Positions 49,884-63,820 of a DNA stretch of 64,000 nucleotides are shown here, piece by piece. Positions within the stretch are counted from its first letter, which is position 1. Each line of letters begins with the position of its first letter. A program made the translations under genes and the position numbers. The notes under the pieces were generated by a model, which ran no database searches, was not told the origin of the DNA, and saw only the letters and a list, made by a program, of their open reading frames with translations. Source of the DNA: Adineta vaga (lineage: Eukaryota; Animalia; Rotifera); assembly GCA_021613535.1 (NCBI GenBank), contig CP075497.1, positions 5,518,001 to 5,582,000 of the forward strand, written 5' to 3'.

Positions 49884-51072
49884 CTAATCATAAGCCCATG
49901 TACCCCGTGGATACTTTTCATAGAGTTTCTCTATTATTTCGGTTTCTTCTTTATAACCAAGAAACACCGGTGAACGTTGATGAATAGTTTCAGGTTGAAT
50001 TTTCAAAATTGAATGCTGACCATTTGTTGATGCACCACCAGCTTTCTCAACTACAAATGACATGGGAATACTTTCATATAACAAACGAATTTTGCCATCT
50101 TTAGCTTCTTTTGTTCCAGGATACATGAATACACCACCATAGAGAAGTGTACGATGTACATCAGCAACCATTGAACCAACGTAACGATTAGCGAATGGTT
50201 TATCTTTACCTTCAGGAAACTTTTTCGATTGAACATATTCTGCTGTAGCTTTATCCCAATATTTTGCATAACCTTCATTGATACTATATATTCTTTGTGC
50301 TCCTTTTGCGCCCATTTTTGGCATTTGCATGTTTGGTGCGGTCAAAATAAATTCACCAATCGACTGAAAAAGAAAACGTATTGAAAAGATAGAGTTTATT
50401 TTTCTTATCATACTGGATCAAGAGTGAATCCATTTACACCATCTCGCATAGCTAAAACAAGCATACAAGCTGAACCATACACAGCATAGCCAGCACAACG
50501 TAAATTTTCACCACTTTGTAAAACACATTCAAGTGGTGTGTGAGCATTTTCTGGTTTTTTCCATATGCCAAAAATTGAACCGATTCTAAAAAAAAACAGG
50601 ATAATCTTTTCTTTTTATTTCTTCAATTTTCTTTACTTACGTCACAAGACAATCAATATTTGATGAACCATCCAAAGGATCAAAGCATATAATATATTTG
50701 CCTTGTTTTGGAACTTCTACTTCGATTAAATTTTCATTCTCTTCAGATGCCATTGCATAAATTGTATACGATGATTTTAACATATTAATAAAAAGTTCAT
50801 TAGCAAGGACATCTAATTTCTTTTGATCATCACCGGTTGTATTCGATGAACCAGCTAAGCCATATCTACGGCAAACAAAATAGAAGATCTTATAACAAAA
50901 ACTACCATTTAACTTACAATTTTGCAATACCAGCTTTGCGTACAGCAGCAGCACAAGCTTTAACAGCTGTTAACAATGTGTTGAGAAGTATTGTTAATTC
51001 ACCAGAAGCACCGGGATATTTTTTCTTTTGTTCCAATACATAACCTGTCACAGTCACACAATCAGTTTCCAT
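49884..51072 (-). CDS. FBP1: Fructose-1,6-bisphosphatase class 1, multi-exon
   Basis: [81 protein letters not shown]. Confidence 0.97.
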
Positions 51073-52690
51073 GTCTACTTCTATTAATATTTTCAAACAA
51101 AATCTAAAATGAAAGACACACCTCCATTTCGAATATCCCTCGCGTTTGAAATTGCGTCTTTGCAAGATATGTATATATATATATATATATAGGTCGACAA
51201 AAGCCAAAAGAATAGAAAGAAAAAAGAAAATATACATCACATGATTATTACATGCATAGAAAGGGCACAGAAAGAAAATGTACCGAAAGTTTAAGGTCCA
51301 AATCAGTGCAATATGTACGAAATAAAAATCCATTGATTTTTAATCGTTTTTTTTTAAAACAAAATTTAAATATAAGAAAAATAAAAACACCTCGAGGGTG
51401 TCGTTGACATTTTTTAGGCGACGATAGATTGTAGAAGACTTGAAGAGTTTTGGCAATATCAGTATTATTTTAACTAATCAAACAAAGAATCTACAGATGG
51501 AGTACATGTTTATTAGAAATAAACTTAAATAACTATAACACTTGTGTCATTCAAATTATCAAGAATTTTTATCTACTAATGGATCTTTCGTTTAGTTTTT
51601 CGTTTTAGAAATACACTGATGAAAGATCTAAGTAGAAAGACATGTTCATTCATTCTCAGAGAAAAGATATTTTTGGAAAAATATAAAAAAGACTAGCAAG
51701 AAATGAACTAATCTAATAATCTTTTGTATTAATACGTATATTGGATTCTTTTTTTAGTCTATTCATATGTAAATCCATTGAGTAAAAGAGACATGATGTT
51801 TAATGACATATCAAACAAGAAAACACGGCTTATTAATAATAATCAATATTAATGAATTACTATTCAACTAAGCAGAAGAACTGATTAATGAATTTTTAAT
51901 TACTGTTGTTTTTAACCGTATTTTTTCAGTTTATAACTTCCCCTATCGACATTCTAACTTATTTACTCTACTTGAATTTAAATTTTTCGAGCATATTTAA
52001 AAAAAGAACAAATTTATATTTGATAATATCTATACCTACTACCATTATATATAATTTCTCAGTCTTCATTAGTAGATAACCAAAGTATCTAATGAAAGTT
52101 TCTCAATCTTCGACCATAAATCACTAACAATGAACAATAATAGTCTATATTCTCAAAACAATCATTGATGACTAGAATGATATAATCACAGCTGTTATAT
52201 GGTACAATCAACATAAATACGACCGTATTTCTCATGTTCATACGCAATAGAGAAGACTATATCTTCAGTCATTAATCATCGTTGTGTGCGACAATGTGTA
52301 AAATTGCATTATTCAATTGTTTTCGATTGCAGATAAGTTTAATGAAATAAAAAACAAACCGGAATAGAATTGTTCTTTTTCAAACAAAACAAAAGAGACT
52401 GTCAATTACAACAAATAGAATCAGAAAAATAAAAGGAAAATCAAATATTCACTCTCTATTTACAACACAACATATTAGTTTTTTTTAAAACGTAAACACA
52501 TGCACAATACACATTTGAAAGAAATAAAGGCGAAAATATAAGTGTTTTGATTATTTTTATGCCGTTATAGAAATAATATATATATATATAAATCTCACCG
52601 GGCAATAGTTATTTGGGATTTGCTTTGGTATATAATGTTTTTCTTGTGATAAATAAAGAAATAATTAGCAGTGATCAGTAGATGCAGTTA

Positions 52691-55600
52691 TTAACAGTTT
52701 GTGACACGTGCATTATCTGTAAACACACAACACAGCAAATCAATAGATAGAAAAAAAACAAATCATGGAACATGCTATGAAGTCTTTTGCCTTTCTAGAC
52801 ACTCGTTCCCGGTTTAAAAGTCACATCTTTTGGAGACTTGGGAAAGGACATATGTCGAGATGGAAGTCGAACTGATTTACATCGTTTACCTATTGATAGT
52901 CTTCCTGATTGATATGATGATGGTCGTAATGATGAAGATAAATCTGATTCTGTTCGATTTTCATGGCGCGATGTGCGTGGTGAGGACTGAATATCCGGTT
53001 CGGAGGAACCTTGACTATTCAATGAGGTTTGTTTGTTAAGTATCTGTTGTCGTTGTTGTAAATAATTAGCTAATGTCATTTTCCGTGTTTCAGCAGCAAT
53101 TTTCAATGTTTCATAAACTGGATCAATAATAGTTTCATCTGGGAAAAAAAAGAAGTTCATGTACTCGATCAAGAGATCATTGAAAAAACTAGTTTATTAC
53201 CTTGTTCAGTATTATTATTATTACTTTTCTTTTTTCGTAGAGAAAATCGTCGTACAAATGACTATGGAAAAAAAAGAGAATATTGTGATAATTAAACGTG
53301 ACAAATACTAACACGCTAGAATTTCATTCTAATCACTACACGCAACGAAATAAAATCTTCGAAGTTTCTTCGTTTTGTCACGCATTTACTTAGCAGATAG
53401 AAACAAAACAAAAATAGGATATACTACCTCCACCATGTGTGATATAACACTAGGACGTTTGTTTTTTAATAAATTGGAATTTGTTTTTTCGTCGAAAAAA
53501 GAGAAACGACCTGTGGTCATACGTCGTCGTCGATTTGATGCCATTGATTGCTCTTCAACGGAAAAGACAGTAAAACGTCTTTGAAAATGTGCAATCGATG
53601 CTCGTTTAGGTGGTGGTGTACTTATTTTTTCATGTTGATTGTTATCAGCCGATAATTCAGTACGTTTTATCGGAGTTGAGGATAGATCAGCAGCTGATCC
53701 ACGTCGAAGTTGGTTTTGATATAACTGTTGAGGTTTTAATGATTGTGATCGAACACGATTAGTTGGAGGTGATGGAACGTGTAAATTTTGTTGTTGTTGC
53801 TGCTCTGCCTCTTCAGTGACTATTGAGCTGTTCATTATGGAAGTCTTTTAGTTAATGAGATGGTTGTTTAATGTGCACGTAACCAAGCGTGAAAAGCAGA
53901 AGTAGTTAGTTTCTCGTTAAGGGAAGAAAAAGCAAAATGAGAGAAAGAGAAAAAAGTTAGAAACTCTTTATTTGAATAGACGATAGTAGCAGGAAGTAAA
54001 CTGAACGGCAACAACAAGAGACAATTTTGCTACACACATTTTGCAATCTGATATATGCGAATAAGAGAGATAGAAAATAATGAGAAGAAAGAGAGGAAAG
54101 ACGAATGAGAGTGAAAGTAAAGATAGCATGATAGACAAAAAGAAACAAAGATTATCGTGTTTTTGTAAAGGGAACAATAGCTAATGATTCTAGAAGAATG
54201 AAGATCAACGTATAACGTTTTCTTTCTAAGTATATCATAAGATGATGATCATGATGATGAAAACTCATTTTCTGTAATTAATAAAATAGATGACAGAAGA
54301 ACATTATCTTATCTTCTGTTTCTTTTTTTATTGAGAGAAATAAGAAAATCCGAAGCAGAAAAAAAAAACATCATCATTAGCTTTTTTATTACTAATGCAT
54401 ACACACATTTATTCTTAATTAAGTCTTGTCTATCAGGATGTGATCTCGGTTACTCGATTATATTTATGGAAATTTTATTTGATATATTTCGATGTTTTTT
54501 GTTTCTCTATCTCTTTTTCTCCGTTTGTTTTTTTATTTGATAAATGACTTGATTAGATCGATTATGAAAATATTTGATGTCAATCAAATATAGCTTAATT
54601 CATTGGAAAACTTACCAAACGAGTTTCACCACTACTACTAGAACCACTTGAAGATGTTAAGGGAGCTTTCAACGATCGAAATGCATCATGCCAAAGACTT
54701 TTAATACTTTTCAGACTGCGCTTTCGCGCATCATGTTCACTATCGGCAACACCACTCATCGAATGTCGATGAGACTTGAGCAATTCTTGCTAAAAAAGAC
54801 AAAAGACAATAAATTAATCTAACATATGAAATATAAATGTCCGAAGCAGAAAAGAAAGGCAATTTCCCATACACGATTACAACACTTGCAAAATGACATT
54901 ATTGTGAAAAGAAAATGATCACATTTTTTTTTCCTTCAACAAGTTTCAAATCGTTAAGTACAAGCTGTTCTTTTCTTTGCATTCGATAATGAATTAAGTC
55001 GTTCGCATCGATATTATTAGCGCTCACACATATATCATAGACACCTACGTGACAAGAACTGTGAAAGCTCGATCGAAGAAATGACATAATATCCAGGGAA
55101 ACAAAAAATAAATCTTAGAAGTAGACTAAAACACTTTACTTTTAATCTATTAAAAACAAGCATTAACCATTCGTACTTGTCGTCGAGTTACTTCATCGAG
55201 AAAATAAATATCTATCTTTGGCATTAGTTTAGCGTATAACAAGAAAATAAAACATATACTCAAGAGAGAAATCAATCAGCAAGATATTTTCTCAAGAGAA
55301 TATTAATTTTTTTCTTTCATCATCAATGCTTACGTTTTCGATAACAGAAGAAAAAGAGGAGGAAGAAGAAATAGACAAGACAATCAAATCATTAAGATGT
55401 TTTCTATGTCGTTTATAAAGAAAAACAAAACAATATTCTAAGCGACTCATACTGCCACGAATAAGTTCGCCTGTTCCCAACTTCATGCAACAATATCATT
55501 TCTCTATACTATCAAATTTATGATAAATGTTGAAAATACTACAAATAAACAATGTCATTCTTCTTTTGAATAAAAATATATCTATATACTATACTTCTTG

Positions 55601-58600
55601 TTCGTTCTATCCTGATTTGTCATCTTCTCGAGACTTTTCCTTTCTGTATCAAACACTTGCGACAACTCTAATTGGAAAGAAGACAACACATGTATTTATA
55701 TTTATCCTGATGATCAAGAATTTCTTCAAAATAGATCAGATCATTTTTCAAGACAATATCTTCTTTCTTCTCTATCATGTAAACAGTACTTAGAGAAAAC
55801 GATTCTTTTTAAATCAATCATTAGTTGATAAATGAAGATATTCTCATTCTTACCGACATTTTCACTCCATTGCTGATGTTCCTTGCTTCTAATTTAGCTA
55901 TTATCATTGTTATTCTAATATACATGCATCTTTTTCTTATAAGATAATATCAATGAATTATGTGTAAGACATACTGGCGAAGGAAAAAAAATCGCTTCGT
56001 GAATCTGTTGACAAGAGACAATGATACAGCGATTCGATGAAAGAAAATTGACGATTAATCAAGCTGATGAACTCATGCGTTTTTCGACTTCTTATATATA
56101 TATAGATATATGTGCAAGAATGCTTTGTTATTGTTTGCTGCGCTTGATCGCATAATTTTGATGTGCTTTTCACACGCATAAATCGACTTCTTGAATACTA
56201 AAATATTCGACGCGTCATTTGACAAAAGCAACTTCATATTAAGGATATAAGACAGATGGGTTATTTCATAGAAATGAATGGGAGAGAGAGAGCGAGAGAG
56301 AAAATCTTCTAATTGTTATTCGATTTTGTATGCTTCATAAGATAATGCTTGATTTCGCTAATTCACTAATATTATTAGACATTTCATCTATTTTTCTACG
56401 TAAACTATAACAAAAATAAGAGAATTTTCTCGAATTCTTTTGATAAGACAAGGATAGCTTTGAATTCTTCTCTACTCTTTCGAAAACAATATCTAGGTAA
56501 TAGATCTTAGAGGTCATGATCATTCTGATGAAAGATATCGATAAAAACAAAAAATATCATTGTGATATAGAAATGTCATAGATATTTGTTTGTATAACTA
56601 TTTATTTCTCAATTTTGTTTATTCGAAGACAAGAAAAACAAGATTTTAATCAAATAAATATTTCTTACCTGAGAAATTAATACCGATTCTTCTAAATCAA
56701 GTAAACGTAATTGTTGTTTCTTCTTCATCCAATCGCTCATTTGATTGAGTAATTTCTTCTCTGTTCTAAAAATATACCATTCATATTATCCAATTATCAT
56801 CATTACAAAAACTGCTACTTTTTCTACATCTATGAATACTTTCTTCGATGCAATGAAAGAATAGAAATCTCATTTAAAAAAGAACGTTAGAGTTCAAGGC
56901 GTATATAAATATGTTTGACAGATTTTTATTCGAAGAAAACAAACGCAGAGTAAAGAATGTAGATTTGTTTACTTACTGTTGTTGATCATCATTTGGTTGA
57001 GATTGTTTTGTCGGTGTTTTAGCAATAGTAGCTGCTAAGGATGTTTTAGCTTTTTTAATTTCTTTTAAACGTTCACCTGTATCTTTACAACGTGAAACTA
57101 ACTGCGATTGAAGCACAGGAGCAGAATAAACAATCAATTGATCAGTTGTATGTGGTGATAAGTAACGAGAATTGATTGTACTTCGTATATTTACTGGAGA
57201 AACAAATGATTCAAATTCAATATGAACCGGCGGCGTAGATGAACCTCCTTCCGTTGTTTCATTTACTGAACATATATAATTTTCCAATTCTTCATTCGGA
57301 TTTGTTGTTGTACTTGTAACAACAAATGATGCAAAACTACGGTGTCGTTGTTCATGCTAGAATTACAAAAAAATTCATTTACTTTAAATTCATTGAATAT
57401 TAACAGTAACTCGGTAGCAGACATTGTTACTCATGTATCTCTTGTTGACAAAAAATAGAGACTCTTCTATAGAATAGTATCGTTCGTTTACATAAATAAA
57501 CAAATATTGATCTACTCTAATAATGAATAAAAAAGATACAGATGGATTTTCTCTTTATTTGTTGTCAGAGATATTCCGTCGTACGATTGGATGACAAACT
57601 AACTATTTTTCATTATCTATTTATAAGCTTATGGGATCGTATGACTTATTTTCTCAAGGATTTTGGTATCGAATCTAAATGTACTAATATTTTGTTTTGA
57701 TTCTAATCTATATAGAATTTGGAATTTATTAGAATGAATTATATTTCTGATTGGTTTTTAACTTACATAATTTTGTATAAGAGAAGCAATTAATTGTAAA
57801 TTCTGACAAGCAGTATCGATAATTTCCACTTGCGATTGTTCCATTCCCTATTTAGAACGAGATATAAATATATTCTTATTTCTAATTATCATTTTACTTG
57901 TAGAAGTTGTGGTAAAACATGATATTGATATTTTGACAGAAGACTATTTACACCAGTTAATTCCAATATATATGAATTATGTGCACGATGAAATTCTGGT
58001 GTAACACCGGATTCATCATATATCCTTGCATATTCTTCTTGTAACTAAAAACAATCAAAAAAGAGATTTATGAAAATCGATATCGATCCCCATAGGAATG
58101 TCACTGAATTAGAATTTTTCTGTCAATTAGAAAATTTTTCATCTTTATAGTACATTAATAAATGTCATGTCGTTCTAGATATAATCATTGAGATGATATA
58201 AGACTTATATGAACAGCTAATGTTTCTCGAAGCGTGATAAGCTAAATTAGATTATTTTATTGAAAAGAAAAAGTATTTGTGAACTCACTTCATGAACAAT
58301 ATCATGACTTTTATCAACAATCTCATTGAGATCACGTCGATGTTGTTTGTTAATAGATAATTGAATATTTTTATTAATAATAAAACATCCTAGTGGTCCA
58401 CAGATTTCTTTTTCCATTAGACATGCCATTTTTTTCAATGACTAGATGATCATAAAATAATTCAAGAACATTTTGTTTTCATTTTTACCTGTGATTCTAA
58501 TTCAGATTCTAATAATAATGATTCCCATAAATCATACATTCGACCACCTAATTGACATCTAAAGAAAAACCGAATTCGTTTGAATAGTTTATTTATCCGA

Positions 58601-58885
58601 TTTGAACTTACTTTCCACGAATTTCAGTTTCAGTTCTCTTTCGAAAATCAATTACAAGTTGATGTAATTGAGACGAGGCTAGAAAACATATTTTAGCCCA
58701 TTGATTGGTAAAATCAGTAACTAAATTTATAATGTAATAATAAAGACAAGAACAAGATTCATCTCATATTACTAACTTAATTTAGAAAAAGCAATTGTAA
58801 CTTGAGTATATTCGATTAATTTATGCCAAGCTTGTGGAGGAGCAAAATCAACAAAACTTAATCGACGACGAGCATTATTTGCCAT
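52691..58885 (-). CDS. F-BAR/FX-like coiled-coil protein carrying a STAC-family DPVYETL motif (Stac-like), multi-exon, probable alternative starts and ends
   Basis: Exons give LITDFTNQWAKIC.., YDLWESLLLESELESQ, AHNSYILELTGVNSLLSKYQYHVLPQLL, PPVHIEFESF (F-BAR-like) and SFVRRFSLR..IIDPVYETLK (STAC linker motif); stop at 52795 or, after splicing, 52691. Confidence 0.6.
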
Positions 58886-59214
58886 ATTTATATCTTATCT
58901 ACAATTAGGAGTATATAAAATGATCTACCTACTCGTGTAAACGATTCCAAGAATCTTTCAAGACCTATCGAATAGTTCGGAAAGTAAAGAAAATATAAAT
59001 TATTCTCTGGCGGAGTTCAATGAAGATTAGATGAAGTCTTTTTCTTTTTTTTCTTCCTTTTGTAACTCCACCCTATCATCATCATCTTGAGCTCATTTTC
59101 TTCATCGACTAATACTCGAGTGAACATGAGTATCGGATGATGATAGTGTCAATCATTTTACTCTCGGAATGTTGTCGATGTATTCTATTCACTAACACAA
59201 TCTCATTTTCTCTT

Positions 59215-59239
59215 CTTCTCTCTCTCTCTCTCTCTCTCG
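59215..59239. repeat. (CT)n/(GA)n microsatellite upstream of the Stac-like gene
   Basis: tctctctctc... run. Confidence 0.8.
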
Positions 59240-60539
59240 CCTGGTGTCCTTACTCAATAACGCTTCTTTTACATCGTTGTCTTTGTATATGCGTTCATTT
59301 TTCAGTATATCTTCTTGTTTTCTCTGCTTTTCTGCCTGACATAAACTATCTGAACAGTTCATACTCAAGCTAATCACCGATAAAAAAAATGTATGCTTCA
59401 CTTAATCCTTGTTTTTCTAGGTAGATTGAATGTAATCATGAACAAACTATTGTTTGTCTTGGACTTTTATTAACTCTAATTTTTTTTCCATACGCCTAAG
59501 GTAATTTTATATATTCGACTTGTTTTAAATACAATCTAATCATCAATGAAATCAATATGAGAACTTTATCAAACAACGAGTTAGAAAACTACTACACATC
59601 ATTGAACATCATTTCCGATAATGTGTCGAGAGCAAAGATCATTCTATGGAAAGAGCAAATATCCATATAAAATTGATTTGTTATTGATGAAGTTAATGAT
59701 TCTCAATGAGAGATCATAATGAAATTTTGAAATCAAGGACAAAATTAAGAATCAAAACAGAATAATTGAATTTTGAGTATAATGATAAAACGAATAGTAA
59801 AATCTTGTTGAATTTTATTTTCCACATCACTGATGTTTTTGTCCTGGTAGAAAAAAAGAGAATGCACTTTTTTTTTCTTCGCCTTCTTTTTGTCATATTA
59901 TTGATTCTACTGAAAGAAAAAAAGCTTTGGAAAATTCTCATGGATTAGTTGGTTAATATGATTCACTTTTATGGAAACAAGAAAAGATAAGTTATTATTA
60001 ATGGACAGACTGTTAATCAAATCAGTGAGAGTGAAGAAGAAGAAAACTAATCGTCGTTGTTTGAAGTCAACTGCGACAGAAGAAGTCTTTTTATTCTTAC
60101 TAATGTTCACTGACATTGTTTACAAGGACAGCTATTAACTTTGTTGATGTTATTTCATTCTCTAAAACGTTTTTTTTCTCTCTTCTGAAAAGTTTGACAT
60201 TACTTGAAAATTTGTCGATCATATGTACTCATTAAAAAACTCACATGCATGCACACCTCTACTGTCTGTATTTGCTTTTATTTTTCAAAAGAAAATGAAG
60301 AAAAAAAGAACTGCTAAAAAAATCAATATATATACAATGGGATTGTGGGAAATAAGATGACATTCATCGTTTTTTTCAAACGTTTCAACCGTGACAATGG
60401 TTTGTTTAGTGTTTCAATGACATTTTTGTTTTACGCTTTAATTCGTAGAGTGCATTTTCATTGAATAGGACGAACGTAACGAATAGATTATTTCAATCGT
60501 CGTTTCTTCTTCATACATACAATAATATTTGTTCGGTTG

Positions 60540-60760
60540 TTCTCTTTCTTTTCTCACGAGCACGGACGAGAAAAATATGGGCATGCGCTACTCCATGCAT
60601 ATGGATCAGCCGCGCCCCCATCTTTCTTGTACACAAAAACACGCTAGCATCACCCGTTAACAACGTGTTCTCACTTGCATAACATATACACTCGGTCGTG
60701 TACCTTGTCCTCAGTGCAAGCATATATAAATACAATCGTAAATTAACTATTTCTCACTCA
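60540..60760 (+). promoter_or_regulatory. CpG-enriched Pol II promoter with TATA box (TATATAAA 60723-60730)
   Basis: Locally GC/CpG-rich (GCATGCGC, CCGCGCCCC) against an AT-rich background; TATA about 83 bp upstream of ATG 60813. Confidence 0.6.
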
Positions 60761-60812
60761 TTTCTTACGACAATCTACGTTGTAGTGAAATACATTCATA
60801 CATACAGTCAAA

Positions 60813-61064
60813 ATGGCTTCAATGAATTATTGTTTTACTGTGTGTCGTGCAACTGAAGAAAATGTACAACAAAAATCTCATTCAAATGTACCATCAGCTG
60901 CCATTGATGTACCACATTCTTCATCACCTACGAATGGTGCTTATTTCTTTGGACGTTTCTTTTCATTTGGTAATTCAACATCACCTACATCTACTTCAAT
61001 TTTTACCAATCCACTCTTGCTTAAAGCATCTCAACTCATCAATACTGATGATAATCTCGCTTGA
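60813..61064 (+). CDS. Orphan 83-aa Ser/Thr/Pro-rich small protein, intronless
   Basis: AAAATGG start context, upstream TATA box, AATAAA at ~61132 and ~61212, coding-like codon usage. Confidence 0.65.
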   Translation: MASMNYCFTVCRATEENVQQKSHSNVPSAAIDVPHSSSPTNGAYFFGRFFSFGNSTSPTSTSIFTNPLLLKASQLINTDDNLA

Positions 61065-61700
61065 ATCTATTCAAAATTATTTCTCAAGACTAGCTCTCTA
61101 TCAGATAGAAGGAACAGCTCGATTATAGTTTAATAAAATGTTTATGTAAATATTAAGAATGTTCTAGTATGCGTGTTCCTTTTTTTGTTTTCTTTCTTTG
61201 TTTGTTCATAAAAATAAATCACACTACCCCGCATTTAAAATTCTCTTATATCATCGTCTGATCTTGCAACTCATAAATCATGAACTAATGCCATTGTCAC
61301 GAAAAAAAACATCTAAAGATTGTTTTTATCACGAAATCAACTTAAAAAAATAGAAATTGATGATTGATGTCTGAATTGCTCCATTGTTTTTGTATTTATT
61401 TTAAATAAAGACAGAAGAAGAAGAAGAAAAAAAAGACAACATCAACAATGACCACTAATGATGGTAAACATCTCGAGTGAAAAACATTTTCATTCTTTGA
61501 TGAAACATCAAATGTTAGACGTTCGTTTTTTTTTCTACAATAATTCAATACCCATGCACACATTGCTAGGCTAAAAAGAGATACATAATGCACATTTTCT
61601 TGTTTTACAAATAAATAAACAAAAAAAATGAAAACATAATCATGTAAATATTATAATATACAATAAAGAAGAAAATGAATGACGATATAAAATTTTCTTG

Positions 61701-63820
61701 TTATTTTTTTATTTGTTGTTCGAGTGTATGAATTTTATTTTCTAACAAAGAAGTTTTATGTTCTAATTGATTGATTGTATTTTGTTGTTGTTCAATTTTA
61801 GCATTTTCAGTCATTAATTGTTCAAGTAATTGATTATTCACATTGGGAACTGATTGAGAAGTAGTTAGATTTGTAATATCATTCGATGAATTTTCAGCTG
61901 TTAATACTTTTTGATCTTTCATATTTTCTAAAAGTAAATTTGGTGTTTGATCATTTGTTGATGTTGAATGAAGTAGTGGAGAAAGTAAATCATTATCCGC
62001 TCCGAATAGATCTTCAATTGATGTACCATCAGGTAGATTATCAAACATTAAATCACGAATGTTATCTAATGAAGATTGAATATGATCGACATCACCAGTG
62101 ATATCATCGAGTGAGAAACTTAATTGCTCAGTTGGTTGAGGATGTGATGGATTTTGTTCACATTTATTAGAATAGTCGATTAATTCTTGTTTTAATGTTG
62201 TTGGAATTTGAACTTGGTTGGATGCATTTGCTTGAGACTGAAAATAGAATAAAAGAATTAATATTAGAAAAGAATTTTTCATTGGAACAAACTAATAAAT
62301 ATGTACATAGAAGGAATTTTTGTCTGAGAAAGTGAAAATTTATGTTAAATAAACGGTATATTTTATTTTGTTAATGAAATACATAACTGTATAGTTTTGA
62401 AAGATGTATGACTATTACAATATTGCTAAGAAACACGCTGAATCATTAGTTACCGTTTTGGTTCCTGTTGGATTGACTCCATTGGCTTGTCCATTATTTG
62501 GATTGACACCTGCTGAATTATCTGTTCTCAAATAAAAATCTGGTGCGAAGGTATTTCTTGCATTATTTCCATTGCCAACTGGTTGAAATGTTTGATTTTG
62601 TGGAATATGATCTTTTTTTTCCGATGACCATCGATAGTCATTTCCTTGCTGCTGCTGCTGTTGTTGATGATAATGATCATCTGCAGTGTGTATTGATGGA
62701 GGCGGAGATGGAACGAGATCTACCAATGGTGATGCATTCGTTGCATGATGCCATCCACTTGTATCATTATCTGTTAATTCATTGATTGTTACACTTTGTT
62801 GACGACCAAGATTTGTTGGATGTGACACGTGCTGTTGTTGCTCTTGTTGATGAGTGTGTATTCTTTTATTTGGTTCTTCAGTATGCATAAGTGCAACATG
62901 TTTTCGTTTGAGAGAAGCTGGTGATGTATCTTGATCACTAAAAACTAACGGAGAATTATTTCCATGATGTTGACCATGTGCTTGGTTTGGATGAGTTGAA
63001 TCTGTAGTAAGACCTTCCTTAGTTGATTGTTGTTCAACAGATTGTTCAGAATGATGAACAGAATTTGCCGATATAAATTGAAGGAGAAATTCCATTAGTT
63101 TTGAAACAATGTGTTGTTGTTTACCATGCTTTTGCCTTAAAGAACCAATTTCACCCCATAATGCTTGATTTTCACTTTGCATATAGGATAATTTATCATT
63201 CAAAGATGTTTGTTTTGCTTGTAAACTTCGAACATCATGTATTAAATGCGAAAATTCTAGTGAACGACCTGATTTCGAATCAAGATAATCAGCTGAAACA
63301 AGTGCAGACGATGCGTTAGGACCTACAGTTAGAATAAACGTATATATTTATTTATTTGTAAAAATAAATCAATCTGTTCAATACCTCCTTGCATATTAGA
63401 TTTTAGTTGAGGTTCTGGTGCCCGTCTTTTGATTGATTCTAAAAGTGATTCTTGTCCTCGAATAAAATTTGGATGTGCAAATTCAATATCATCTCGTTCA
63501 TTTTTTAATGATCCATGTTCAATATTGGAGATTTTACGAAAACCATACATATTTAATTGACGTATAAAAGATGCAAAATTATTATGTTTAAAATATCTTG
63601 GTAAAATTTCACGTGAAAATCTTGATTGATCATAAACATGAAATGAACCACCTGATGGATCCCATGCAATGAGATCATCACATGAAGAATCATTGACAAG
63701 TGCCCATAATTTTGCTAAAAATGCTGTGATTGTATTTTGTGCTGTTTGACCTGATGGATGATTATATTCGCCATGATTTCCATCGCCTGAATTGGATGAT
63801 GAAATATTATTTGAATCCAT
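61701..63820 (-). CDS. HSF1: Heat shock transcription factor (DBD, HR-A/B, HR-C, extra C-terminal coiled coil); exons 63385-63820, 62454-63322, 61701-62237
   Basis: [47 protein letters not shown]; [33 protein letters not shown]; HR-C-like [15 protein letters not shown]. Confidence 0.96.

Noticed and set aside
53957-56550. Many short ORFs on both strands
   Set aside because: They lie in introns of the Stac-like gene with low-complexity F/L/S composition; only ~54617-54790 is a credible exon.
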